Part shown: positions 41,131 to 55,282 of the stretch, one piece after another
How positions within the stretch are numbered: position 1 is the stretch's first letter
How the letters are laid out: every line of letters begins with the position of its first letter
Assembly: GCF_006345805.1 (NCBI RefSeq)
Contig: NC_043002.1
Coordinates: 10,044,001-10,108,000, forward strand
Length of the DNA: 64,000 bases
Source: Octopus sinensis
Lineage: Eukaryota
Direction of reading: 5' to 3'
The notes under the pieces: generated by a model
Databases searched by the model: none
Told to the model about the DNA's origin: nothing
What the model saw: only the letters and a program-made list of their open reading frames with translations
Program-made: the position numbers and the translations under genes

Positions 41131-42385
41131 TGAAGCGATAAAACAATGGGTAGAAAATACAGGTAATTCATAGATAAACGTTTCAAAACAGACTTTATCA
41201 CCAAAGCCACCTAATTAATACTTGAAGAAAACACATTCTCATTTAACAACGAAACATACCGACAGATTAAGGGCACGGCTATGGGTACGAAATTTGCACC
41301 TTCATATGCCAACTTGGTGATCGGTTTCCTTGAGAACAAACTATACGATGAAATAGGGAACAGATCAAAAGAAGATCTAAGAACATTCCTCCACAACATC
41401 CTCAACACACTGCACCCATCTATCAACTTCACGATAGATACCAGCTATAACGAACATCCCTTCCTAGATATCAACATCAAGAAACAAAACTCCATCATCA
41501 CAACAGATATCTACTATAAGAAAACCGACACACACCAATATTTAAATTTCTACTCCTGCCACCCATCCCACATAAAAAGAAACATTTCATATAGTATGGC
41601 AAGATGCATATGCAACATAGTGACTGAGTCACAAACACACCAAATAAGACTAAATGAACTTAAAAACCACCGACTAGAACAGAAATACCCACTCAAATTA
41701 ATAAAAAACGGAACCTCAAGAGCAATGAAACTGGACATTACACAACACAGAACTACAAAAAAGAAAAGCAAAGGAAACATGATCCCTTTCATAAACACAC
41801 ACAACCCTGGAGTTACCAACATGTTTCAAATTATATATTGATACTTACTCGTAGTCATACAAAGCCCCAAAATGAGAAACCTATTAAACAAATATTGCAT
41901 AAAAAAGAGTAAACGATAAGAGAAAAACCTGAAGAAGCAACTAACCAAAGCGAAATTCTCATCAGAAACTAAAACCGAATTCTTTGTGAAAGAGTGCGGA
42001 GATGATAGATGTGGGATCTGCAGTAACCCCACCTACAAATATATAGAGGGAGACAAACAAATGAAATTTAAGAGTGGTCGCAAAGTAAATGCAGATATGA
42101 ACTGCAAGACACAGAACGTAATATACGGCATAACCTGCCCCTCGTGCAAGGAGAATTATATAGGTGAAACTGGAAATTGTTTATGCCAACGAGCCAGAAT
42201 ACACCGACAACATGTCCGACAGGAGGAACTGCGAAAGATTCTGCTGAGTAAACACTTAGAAACATGTGGAGAAGGAAAATTTAAGATCTTTCCCTTCTAT
42301 AAATAGCCAAGGAATGACACCTTCTTCAGAAAAAATATGGAACAATATTTCATAACAAAGTTCTCCCCCAAACTAAATGGCTGAA
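41131..42385 (+). mobile_element. Penelope-like element 3' half (Neptune-type), RT motif C deleted
   Basis: GTAMGTKFAPSYANL, PFLDI, YYKKTDTHQYL..SCHP, CGDDRCGIC linker, NVIYGITCPSCKENYIGETG; no YxDD motif. Confidence 0.85.
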
Positions 42386-42586
42386 AACATGAAAAGCACA
42401 GCAACTTCCCTATAAACCTATCTAGAACTATTAGCTTAGTCTGTATAATAATGTCCCTACCACGTACAAGAAATTGTACGCATATCTGTTTCATTGGGCT
42501 CCTTCACAAGACACTTTCCCTGTACATTATTGACCATCCTAATATCTTCATTTTTGTAAAGACTTGCACCTTATCTTCATTCCTCT

Positions 42587-42673
<87 letters not shown>

Positions 42674-42849
42674 CTGCCGCGTAGCTAGCGGGGTGGCGTC
42701 ATTTGAAGGCTAAAACAATGCTAAGCGCATTGTGACCAGCGATCTGTAGCAACATCTGATAGCCTGGTTGGTCACGGTGACGGTGATATATATATATATA
42801 TAAACTGCCGGTTCGCCCACCCGACACCCCGCCAGAACCTCAGGGGACA

Positions 42850-45160
42850 CAAAGTGAAAAGCTTTACCGAGGGAACACAAGAAATGTCTCCCAGGAAAAC
42901 TTTCAAAAACGAAGTGCGCTCCTCAGATGTTCTGCGCAACGCAGCAGCTGAGCAAGAGTCTTTTTTATGCATAGCGCAAAGAATTGTCCGGCAGCTAACC
43001 TGGCTACACCAAGCACAGAGAAGGAACCCTGCCCACCACTATGCAAGACCACCACAGTCAACAAACACGGGATGGCCTCCCCTAACGCCTGCACAGCCGT
43101 CACCCCAATACTTTTACTAAATATTGGAGGCATGTTGCATCAAAATAGAAACAAAATTTCTTTCCTGAAACATCTTACTGCAAGCAATCAAGCCCTATGC
43201 ATAGCACTTGTGGAAACTCACCTCAACCCTGATATAGAGTACGCAAATGTACACATACCAAACTATGCCATACTGCGAACAGACAGAAGGGAAAGGAGCC
43301 ATGGTGGAGTTGCTGTATACATCCGAGATGACCTCACAACCCAGGTCTTAATGACATACTCAAATTCGGTATGTGACACTTTAATTGTATACATAAGACA
43401 ACATAATATAGTCATATGCAATACATATTGCCCACCGGATGCCCCAAATCACATAGGCAAGTTTGAACATTGCCTCACAAGAATTAAAGAAATCCTCATG
43501 AATCTGGAACACCACGTGACCATATTTCTTATGGGTGATTTCAACTTCCCCAACGTCAAATGGCCTGAAGGTCTCATACTCTCAGGAATGAATCATTGCA
43601 AGCAAGTACAGGTGGAGTCCCTGCTCAACCTCACCAACGCCTTATTCATGGAGCAAATTGTACTCAAGCCAACTAGGGCGAATAACATTCTGGATCTCTG
43701 CTTCACGAACAATATGAACATTATTCATGATGTGAAAATGACACCGACATCAGTTTCGGATCACAAAATAATAGAGCTGTCTATGTTTGGGCCAAAAGTA
43801 ACCAGAGACATACAGCCTAAAGGAAGCACCCGAAATCTCTCCAATCTGAACTTCCACAAAGCAGATTGGAAATCGATCCCAAAAGAGATCCTCAGAGAGG
43901 ACTGGCCGGAATGTCTCTCCACACCAGACATTGACATGAAACTAGAATGTTTCATGTCTTCTGTGCAAGCCGTATGCCAGAAATATGTCCCAGAGCACAA
44001 GGCCAAAATAAATAGGAGCAAGATTCCAAGAGACAGGAAGATCCTCATGAGACGACGGACGAAGGTTGCAAATCGTCTCAACCAACATCCCAAAAGTAGC
44101 GAAACGTCCCGCCTAAAAACAACACTGATGGAGATCGAAAAAAGGCTGCAACAATCCTATGTGAAGGAGAAAGCAGACGAAGAAGCCTGGGTTATAAAAA
44201 ACATTAAATACAGAACCCCAGCGATTTTGCACACTTGCAGCAGGAGTTGGACTCAATCTACAGATGGGCTGAGGATAATAATATGCAGTTTAATGCTGAA
44301 AAATTCCAGGTCCTGCGCTACCAGCATCCAAAACTGAATATTAAACTTACAGGATACACCGGTCCACAGGGAATTTCAATCCCAGAGCTTAAGTCTGTGA
44401 AGGACCTGGGTATCGACATGAGTGATGATACCTCTTTCCAAGTGCACATTACCAGGATGGTGACAAAGTGCAGACGACTGGCTGGGTGGATCCTAAGAAC
44501 ATTCAGAACCAGAGATGAGGAAATCATGATGGCCCTCTGGCGGACATTCTTCCTCAGCCGCCTGGATTACTGCTCACAGCTATGGTCACCCACCAGTGTA
44601 AAATTAATTGCGGACCTTGAAGCAATCCAGAGAAGATTCACAAAGAAGATCGTCTCTTTGCAACAGCTAAGCTACTGGGAAAGATCGAAACAGCTAAGAC
44701 TCTACTCCCTGGAGAGAAGACGGGAGAGGCATGCAGTAATATATGTCTGGAAGATCCTGGAAGGAATTGTGCCAAATTTTGGCATTGTAAGCTACAACAA
44801 TGCTAGAATGGGATGACACTGCATAGTACCAAAGATCCCAGCAATGCCATCACGCTTCAGGACCAGCTTCTGCAGCAGCCTGGGTATCAAGGGCCCACAG
44901 CTTTTTAATATTCTCCCAAAGAGTCTGAGGAACTTGCACAAAGTAGATGTAGAGGTTTTTAAATCAAAGCTGGACATCTTCCTGTCGAGAGTCCCAGATG
45001 AACCTACCTCACGGCAAGAGGTGCAAATGAGAGTGGCTATATCAAACTCCATTCTCCAACAAGTGCCACATATTAGACGAGGTTCGTCGTGATAACAATG
45101 TGGCACAAAACGGCGGTGCATCAGCATGGCCGCAGCTCTGAGCTGAAACTAGAAAAAAAA
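42850..45160 (+). mobile_element. CR1/L2-group LINE ORF2: APE domain, internal RT deletion, intact 3' end
   Basis: ETHL, MGDFNFP, ILDLCF, SDH motifs in ORF 42967-44337; VKDLGI..LERRRER in 44235-44816; stem-loop tail plus A-run at 45112-45160. Confidence 0.9.
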
Positions 45161-45169
45161 ATTTATATA

Positions 45170-46290
45170 TATATGTAAACGTTAAAAAAACACAAACTGG
45201 GACAAGAACGTGAAACATTTTGAAGACGACAAAAAAACACACACAGACGGGACTTTCGAAGCTCTCAGTCATCAGTCAAGAACCAGATCATCTTCGCAAT
45301 TTCGGCTGATTAATCTTGAGATTGCTCCAATCTGGGCAGCCCGCCAAGGGAAATCTAAGCCAGTCGCATTAGATTCCTTGGAAGAAAACCTCGAAAGTAT
45401 ACAACACGGTGACGGAAAAACGGACGATGTTACTCGAAAAAAATTCAAAAATACGCAAAAACAATAACGATAGCACGGATAAGAATACAAAATAACGTAA
45501 AAACAATAATAACAAAACCAGGACGTCAGGACAAGCGTCTTTCGACAGGACGAGTTGAGTATAGGCTGGCTGTGGAACAAGTGCCTGAAGGCAAACGGAG
45601 CACAAACAAATACGGGTGGTCACACCAACTACTTGATGCGAAAAGGCAGTAGTAGCTAGCTGGTCACGTGAGCACAAAAAGGAGAAAGGGACAGATGAAG
45701 AGGGAAGCAAGAGAGGGAAAAGGACAGGTCAAGTGGGGTATAAGGTCTGAGAGGCAGATAAATGTGGGAGAGGAGGGACGGAGGAAGAGAGAAAGAAAGA
45801 AGGGGAACAAGGGAGGAGAAGAAAAAGAGGGAAAGAGACAGAACAAGGGGAGTGCAAAGAGTGAAGGCAGAGAAAAGTAGGAGGGGGGAAAAAGAGACAG
45901 TGAAGTCGATCGTACCAATGTTAGAGAGTAATATACTTACAGTATAGGGTCAAAAGGTAGGATACGTAGCCGCCGTGTATATATGTAAACGTTAAAAAAA
46001 CACAAACTGGGACAAGAACGTGAAACATTTTGAAGACGACAAAAAAAACACACACAGACGGGACTTTCGAAGCTCTCAGTCATCAGTCAAGAACCAGATC
46101 ATCTTCGCAATTTCGGCTGATTAATCTTGAGATTGCTCCAATCTGGGCAGCCCGCCAAGGGAAATCTAAGCCAGTCGCATTAGATTCCTTGGAAGAAAAC
46201 CTCGAAAGTATACAACACGGTGACGGAAAAACGGACGATGTTACTCGAAAAAAATTCAAAAATACGCAAAAACAATAACGATAGCACAGA
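45170..46290 (-). repeat. Element bounded by ~305-bp direct repeats (45170-45475, 45977-46285)
   Basis: Near-identical repeats give duplicate ORFs 45210 and 46030; purine-rich tract between them; organisation resembles a PLE pseudo-LTR. Confidence 0.7.
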
Positions 46291-47928
46291 TATATATAAT
46301 TTTTTTCTATATATTTATTAATCATATAAGATTTTTAGAATATATTTAATAATTAGTGGTTTTTAATCATTTAAATTATTTAATTTATTTTGTATTAAGT
46401 AATATCTATCATAGTTATTTTATTAATAAATATTATAGTATAGAGTGATTTTATTCTTTATTTGTGACTTCATTCTATTTACACTGATAAACCATTAATG
46501 TTCCCATTCACAATCTCATTGATAAAGCGTATGTTCCTCACGCTTAATGAATTCTTCAACAATTTATTCTTTTTTTGCTAATAACGTAATTCCACGAGTA
46601 TTCTTATAAACGCTGTAAAGATGTTTTCCGATTCAAAATTTTTGTTCATTACTAAACCTCGCTAAGATAAGTATTTATTTATATTTAAGATCTTCAAATT
46701 GTAAATTTTAATATTGTATAAGTCTTTGGTGTAATAATATTTTACTTATGTAAATATCGTTTTTTATGTAATGATCTAATTATCGTAATTTTCTATATTA
46801 TTAGATATTAAATTTAAGTTTATTCGTAAGATACTACTTAGCGATAGATTTGTTGTTTGATAGCAAGTATACGAGGTGTATAAAGTTAGGCTTTTGTATA
46901 TACATGTTTTAATAGTATTAATTGTAGTTTTAAATTTCTTATAATTAAATTAGATAAACTTTGATAAACTTAGATATGTTTCGACTAAAGATTGGTCCAG
47001 GCCATGTCTAATTTAATAGCATAACTTTGTTATTGTTTTTTTAAATTGATATTCGCTAGTTATTCCCATTGATAATTATATTTATAGTATTTATAGTATT
47101 TATTCGATACTATATTACAACGAAATGATTATTTCTATAAGTATTTTACATAAGATTTCCGAAAGTTCGTTTAAGTTTGTTTATTTGTATTTTGAAATTA
47201 GCTATTTCATCTTTAAATATGAAATATTAATTTATTAGGTTTTTATTATATGTGCATATATATTTATTTATAGAGATTATTTTAGATCTTAATTATAATA
47301 TTTATATACATTTATATATTTTCATTGATAATTTATATATAATAGTCATTTTAAAATATTTATGTAATTAGATATAGATTAATACCGATATTAGATTATT
47401 GGTGGGTTTCCTACCTTATAAAGTAAAATTAATATTTAACATTATAGTCGATTTTGATATAATCATAATTGTTAAGTTTTATGTTTCTAGTTTGATAATA
47501 GAGTTTATTATAAGTAATATTATTATATTATTTATATCTTAAAAATATTGTTTAAATATTTCTGATTATATTTAGATATTTCAATTAACCTGAAGATTGA
47601 CTGTAACCATAACTCGAATTATTAATTGAATTTAAATTATTGTTATTCGAATTGTACAGCCATGAAACGATCGTAGTGTTTTACTCTTTATCTTTTATTA
47701 AACTTTTAATACTTTTGATATATATTTAAAATAATATAAATTAAATTAATTTTATGTATTGGCTTATGTTTTTCATTGTTTGATTTGCCTAATAGTGGTT
47801 TTATCTCTAATTTAATATAATATAATATAATATAATATATTTTTACTATAACATTGGATTAATCCTAAATCTGATTTTTCCCTGTAAGTTTGGATTTATT
47901 CCCTAATATTTTATTATATATATATATT

Positions 47929-48049
<121 letters not shown>

Positions 48050-48851
48050 GTATTTAACAATTAAGGATAACTTCTTAATAAGGGATCTTAACAAGAAATT
48101 ATCAGGTAGTTAGCGTGAAAACCTCATAAAAGAAAAGAATTCGAAAATAATTTTTTTCTTTTGAACAAATTAATTATATCTATATTGTATAGAGGGCATT
48201 AATACACATAAATGCCTCACACTAAGAGGGACAAAGTCATTACTACCAAAATTACACTAATCATACCTAAATGCAGTTCTTCAAAGCAAGACATTTAAAA
48301 CATGAATTTAGTTCTGTATCACCGTGATTTCACATTTAACGTACGTCTTATGATCCTCAGCAGAACTGCTTCTGAACACATCATAAATAAACCACCAACC
48401 TTACCTAGCGAAGACGAACAGACATCTATTCACTCCGGCCAAGCACATGGAATGTTTATAAATCATATATTCGGTAAATGGCGGGCTTCTTCGAACTGCA
48501 TGTCGGATAGGAAAAGTATTTCGGAATAAATTTAACAATTAAGGATAACTTCTTAATAAGGGATCTTAACAAGAAATTATCAGGTAGTTAGCGTGAAAAC
48601 CTCATAAAAGAAAAGAATTCGAAAATAATTTTTTTCTTTTGAACAAATAAACATTCCATGTGCTTGGCCGGAGTGAATAGATGTCTGTTCGTCTTCGCTA
48701 GGTAAAAAATATAAAAAATATAAAATAAATAAATATACATATAAACACACATACATACACATGCGAATATACATAAGTATACATACATACGCACATATAT
48801 ATACATACATACACATAATACATATATATATATATATACATACACATATAT

Positions 48852-51125
48852 AATATAAAATAAATTACTTTACTCTGCTATGTATTGAGTACCTTATTTA
48901 CTGTGGTTAACCCCGACTCAACTCGGAACCTACATATCCTAACATACCCTAGTACCCTTATAACCATCCCCAAGAAATAATGCTGACAAGAATCGACCTC
49001 AACACTTCCCTGAAGAACATTCCTATCCCACCAAGGAAACAATACCTAAAAGCCCTCATTAGACGGACTGATGAGTTCATCAAACGAATTAGATGGAGAT
49101 CGTTCATTTTCGACCACCCTGATGTAGCATCTACCAATAATGAAATGTACGGCTTCAAATCTAATAAGGCTCCTCCCATCAACAGCCTACTTGAACCCTT
49201 TGAAGAAGACCTCTTCCTTATGATAAAAAATATAAAATTCAGGAAAGTCAACCTACCTTTCCAAACGGACCTTAATGAGAAACTCCCGAAAATGAAAAGC
49301 TCCCCGCACCTCCATGTCCCTTCCGACAAAACAAAAAATATTTACGCGGTGATTTCCGATACCTACAACAGACTAGCTGATAACGCCATCACTGCTAAGT
49401 ACAAAAAAGTCGATGACACGGCTTTAACTGAAACTAACTTAGCCGGGAAGAAGATCGCCACTTCCCTTAAACTGGATGACCGAACAGAACCTCTGAGGGT
49501 GAAGTCCCCACACTTCACCCTGAAAGACCACAAAAACAATTTCTACAATAAGCCATCGGTCCGACTGATTAACCCAACCAAGTCTGACATTGGATCCGTC
49601 AGCAAGAAGATCCTGGACAGGATTTTACCTAAAATACGTGAAGCCTCACCCCTTCCACTCTGGAATAGGACTTCCGAGGCAATAACTTGGTTCCGGGATT
49701 TACCTGACAAGAGCAACACCCGCTTCCTACAATTAGATATCGAGGAATACTACGCCTCTATATCGGAGAGCCTGCTGATTGACGCGATTAACTTCGCTAG
49801 GACCTTCTCCACCATCACCGAAGCCGAGCAGGATGTGATCCTCCATGCACGTAAGATCTTTCTTACCATGACGGATCCCACTGGATCAACAAAAAATCCG
49901 AGACCCCCTTCGACGTCAGCATGGGTGCTAGCGACTCGGCTGAAATAAGTGACCTTGTGGGCCTATTCATCCTCCATAGGTTGAAGACCCTATTCACAGG
50001 CCTCTCCGGTGGTCTCTACCGCGATGATGGCCTTTTTGCCCTCCACAAAATAAACCCCAGGACCACGGATGGGTTCCGGAAAAACCTTTACACTTTTTAA
50101 AAAAACTTATGCCTTAGGATTACCTTAGATTCGAACTTAACCAAAGCTAACTTCCTTGACGTTACCCTCGATTTAGAAACCTCCCTTTATTACCCGTACC
50201 ATAAACCTAATGAATCCCTTAGATACATAGACATTAATTCTAACCACCCCAAAAATATATTAGACAACCTAGTGAAAAGTGTCTCCATTAGGATATCTAG
50301 CCTCTCTGCCACCGAGGATATCTTTAATGCCGCAGCCCCCTATTACAACGAGGCCCTGGCCCGCAGTGGCTTTAGAGATAAGATCACCTACATTTGCATA
50401 GCCCCACGCCCACCCAAGAATAATAGGCGAAGAAACATTAGCTGGTACAACCCCCCCTTTAACCGTGAAGTCTCAACACCTGTAGCTAAAATTTTCTTCA
50501 CTCTCTTACAAAAACACTTCCCTACCCAACATAAGTACTATACAATCCTTAATAAGAACACCATTAGACTCTCCTACTCCACCACACCCAATCTAGCTAA
50601 GAACCTAGCCAACAATAACGTCAAAAAACTTAATAAATCTACTTTTTCCGAAGCCCATCCAGCATCCGACAGCAACTGCAATTTCAACGGCCCTGATAAG
50701 ACTACTTGCCCCCTCAACAACAACTGCCTACAGAAAGATCTCGTCTACATATGCGATGTACGATCAGGCCCCGATGATAAAAGAAAATCGTACATCGGAA
50801 TGACCTCAAATAGTTTTAAGACTCGCTGGTACGCCCACACACATTCGTTCCAGCGACGGGACAAATCTAACCAGACTACTCTCGCCGCCAATATCTGGCA
50901 CCTTAAAAGGAACTCAATCCCCTTCAAGATAAAGTAGAGACTACTCCAGAGAGCGCGTTCTTACACGGGAGGCCACACTTGCTGTGACCTTTGCATTTCT
51001 GAGAGCTTGGAGATCTTATCCGACAAAGGCCCTTTCCTCAACAAGATCTCGGAACACTCCCCAAACTGTATGCACAAAATCTATGCAAACTACAAAAATT
51101 ACAGACCCACCAGGCCACCCGATTG
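48852..51125 (+). mobile_element. Penelope-like retroelement (RT + C-terminal GIY-YIG), near full length, frameshifted; Naiad-like by motifs (clade is inference)
   Basis: ORFs 48980-49948 and 50272-50937; motifs LDIEEYYASI, GLYRDDG, WYNPPF, VYICD..YIGMT, and CCDLC..LNK..CMH after an in-frame TAG. Confidence 0.85.
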
Positions 51126-51357
51126 ACGACACCCCACCAACAACCCACCGCCCCCACCACAGCACCGTTCCTTCATCACCCCCAATTACCTTCTCTCCTA
51201 AGATTATATACATATATATATATATATACATATGTATGTATGCACATATATGTATATATGTGCATATATATGTATGTGTGCATATGTATATGTACACATG
51301 TATGTGTATGCGTGTATATGTGTGTATGTGTATATATGTGCATATGTATGTATGCGC

Positions 51358-51396
<39 letters not shown>

Positions 51397-51844
51397 GTAT
51401 ATATATATACATATGTTTGTATGTATATGTGTATATGTGTATATATGTATGCATGTGTGTATTTATGTATATATATATGTGTGTGTGTGTATGTGTATGT
51501 ATGTGTATATGCATGTATATATTTATGTAAGCATATGTGTATTTATATATACATGTGTATATATAAATGTATGTGTGTATGCGTGTGTATTTATATATGC
51601 GTATATGTGTTTATATGCGTATATATACTTATATATGCGTATATATGTTTATATACGCATATGGTTTTATATGTGCATATGTGTTTATATATGCGTGTAT
51701 ATATCTATGTATGTATTTGTGTGTACATATGTATATTTATGTATGTGTTTATATATGCATAATTATGTATATGTTTATATGTACATGGGTATATTTATGT
51801 ATGTATACTTATGTGTATTTGTATGTGTATATATACATATATAT

Positions 51845-52216
51845 ATAACGGGAAGCTTTATGAAAATAAACAAAAGACGAAGGCAGGTGGAAAACAAACG
51901 AACAATTGTATTAGTATGGCGCTCAGGAAATATAAATAAAACAAGTCTTTAACGTTTCGAGCCTACGCTCTTCAACAGAAAGATACACAGAGAGAGAAAA
52001 ACACAGAAAGAAGGAGAGAAAAAAAATGCGTGCAGTAGCTAACGAATCAACATGGCGATCTGATTTCGGCCAGAGGTCAAAGATCAAACATGAGATGCGA
52101 GAGCGAAATAAGGGGAGATAATAGGGTTGATAAATGGGTTGAGGGACCAGCTAAAAGTGCGTGGGAGGGGTCTGGATGTGTGTATGTATAGGGTTGGTGT
52201 ATGTATTAGTATGTAT

Positions 52217-52269
<53 letters not shown>

Positions 52270-53025
52270 AGAGAGTATTAGTGCGTAAGATTGGTCTGGA
52301 CATGCGTATGTATGGGGTTGGTGTATGTATTAGTATGTATTAGTATGTATTAGTACGTATTGGTATGTATAGGTATGTGTGTGTGTGTGTGTGAGAGAGT
52401 ATAAGTGCGTATGCGGGGTCTGGACGTGTGTATGTATAGGGTTGGTGTAAGTATTAGTATGTACTAGTATGTATTAGTACGTATTAGTATGTATTAGTTG
52501 GTGTGTGTATTAGTATGGCACATCATATGTGATGTGATGTGTAAAGTCATGTGGTGTAGTGAGGAGAAGAGGGGGAGGGGGAGAGAGGGGAAAGGGGAGA
52601 GAAGGGGAGGGGAGAGAAGAGGGGGAGGAGAAGAGGGAAGAGGAGAGGAAGGGGGAGAAGGAAGGGGAGGAGGGGGATGAAGGAGGAAAGAGGGAGAGGG
52701 GGAGAGAGGGAGTGAGGGAGCAGAGGAAGGGGAAGAGGGAGGGAGAAAGAGGGAAGAAGGGAAGGCGAGTAGGGTGAAAGGATGAAGGACTGAAGAAGTA
52801 GGGGTCGGGGGGAGAAAGGATAGGTGAGGAGGGGGGGGGAGAGTTGAGACCAAATGGCGTATAAGAGCGAAGAGAGAAGATTAATTCCTGTTCACGGCGC
52901 AAACGGGAATCCGGATGGCCTCTGTGTAAGGACAAACCGAACACAGATAGGTGTTGCAAGGAGTGACCGGTGGAGCGGAAATGGCGTGAGACCGGTGTGT
53001 CGTTCGCAAGGTGGATGTCACGGTG
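51845..53025 (-). mobile_element. PLE 3' end (GIY-YIG tail + 3' repeat) interrupted by simple repeats
   Basis: [37 protein letters not shown] followed by a 3' region carrying the hammerhead-like motif. Confidence 0.7.
51946..51983 (-). ncRNA. Hammerhead-like motif with CUGUUGA core in PLE 3' repeat
   Basis: UCUUU-CUGUUGA-A-GAGC(GUAG)GCUC-GAAA-CGUU-AAAGA; a more decayed copy lies at 21158-21195 (-). Confidence 0.45.
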
Positions 53026-53063
53026 CGTGTGTGTGTGTGTATGTAGGTGTATGTATGTATATG

Positions 53064-53094
<31 letters not shown>

Positions 53095-53313
53095 GTGTGT
53101 ATATATATATATATATATGCATGTATGTGTATGTATGTATATATATGTGCGTATGTATGTATGCATATGTATATTCGCATGTGTATGTATGTGTGTTTAT
53201 ATGTATATTTATTTATCTCCTAAATACCAACGTACCCAAAAAACGTCCCCCTGCCACCACCACTCCATTAAATCTGCTTAAATGCATAAATACCAGAACT
53301 TATTTTGACAGCC

Positions 53314-53364
53314 AGCTTCCTGAAGATTTCATCTGAATGAAACAGTTCTAGTCCTGTAGAAGCT
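53314..53364 (+). ncRNA. Type-I hammerhead ribozyme motif in a PLE pseudo-LTR
   Basis: Stem I AGCUUC/GAAGCU; CUGAAGA; stem II UUC/GAA with a U-U base; GAAA; stem III ACAG/CUGU with 8-nt loop; GUA site. A second copy on the minus strand (53570-53618) has lost the 5' strand of stem I. Confidence 0.6.
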
Positions 53365-53401
53365 CCTTCTATAAAATAACATACTATACTTATATATATA
53401 C

Positions 53402-53474
<73 letters not shown>

Positions 53475-53775
53475 TATATTATATATATGTAGGCCCCGGG
53501 TTGATTCGGGGTTAACCACAGTAAATAAGGTACTCAATACATAGCAGAGTAAATTTAATTTATTATATAGAAGAGCTCTACAGGACTAGAACTGTTTCAT
53601 TCAAGAGAAATCTTCAGGCTTCTTTCAGTTTCAGTTTCCGTCTACCAAATCCACTCACAAGGCATTGGTCGGCCCGGGGCTATAGCAGAAGACACTTGCC
53701 CAAGATGCCACGCAGTGGGACTGAACCCGGAACCATGTGGTTGGTTAGCAAGCTACTTACCACACAGCCACTCCT

Positions 53776-53839
<64 letters not shown>

Positions 53840-53993
53840 CACACTGGCGGCGCATTGGCCCAGTGGTCGGTTTGGTCGGCGCATTGGTCGGCCCGGGGCT
53901 ATAGCAGAAGACACTTGCCCAAGATGCCACGCAATGGGACTGAACCCGGAACCATGTGGTTGGTTAGCAAGCTACTTACCACACAGCCACTCC

Positions 53994-54051
<58 letters not shown>

Positions 54052-54077
54052 TATATATAATATATATAGATATATAT

Positions 54078-54144
<67 letters not shown>

Positions 54145-54584
54145 TGGCGGCGCATTGGCCCAGTGATTAGAGCAGCGGACTCGCGGTCGTAGGATCGCGG
54201 TTTCGATTACCAGACCGGGCATTGTAAGTGTTTATTGAGCGAAAACACATAGAGCTCCACGAGGCTCTTTCACCACAACTTTCTCTCACTCTTTCTTCCT
54301 GTTTCTGTTGTAACTGTATTTCAAAGGGGCCAGCCTTGTCACTCTCTGTGTCACGCTGAATCTCCCCGAGAACTACGTTAAGGGAACACGTGTCTGTGGA
54401 ATACTCAGCCACTTGTACGTTAATAAATGAGCTGCGACGTCACTGGTGCCAAACTGTATCAGTCTTTGCTTTTCCCTTAGATAACATCGGTGGCGTGGAG
54501 AGAGGAGGCTGGTATGCAGACTTGTGTCTCGGAGGCTAACTTTCTAGGTGCAATCCCATGGTCATCCATGACCGAAGGGTCACA

Positions 54585-54730
<146 letters not shown>

Positions 54731-54891
54731 TATATAAGTAGGTGAATGAATTATCCTAGCATGGAAAATTCGTTTAACCGATACCTGGGTAGCAAATTCA
54801 CGTCAGAATAAAAGTATGCCGTCTTCAAAACATGTGTCGAGAGTAAAGCATTTTGTTAACAATCGTTTCGTTCGACTTCCATATCTTTATC

Positions 54892-54966
<75 letters not shown>

Positions 54967-55282
54967 AAATATATCAGGAGGTTTGAAGGTGATGTATTAT
55001 ATACTAGGAAATATAAGGTAGTCAGAAATCTTGATGGTTGTTGTATATTTACATATTTTTATTAATATGTCACATGTTTTTATAAATCATATAACGGCGC
55101 TTGCATCTACTCTAGTAGATTATTCAGATTTGAATTGTTTGAGGGGATTCGTCTCTTTTTATAGTATTATTGAGTGTGTAGGGGTGGAGAGAGATATAGG
55201 CTAGTAAAAAAGGGTGACAAATGGGAAGAAAGTGAGAGAGAATGTTTTTTTTTTTTTGTGTGTGTGTATGTGTTTGTGTTAT

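Noticed and set aside
50560-51100. Selenocysteine (UGA) recoding as reported for some Naiad PLEs
   Set aside because: No in-frame TGA at Cys positions in this copy; the only interruption seen is a TAG at an expected Trp.
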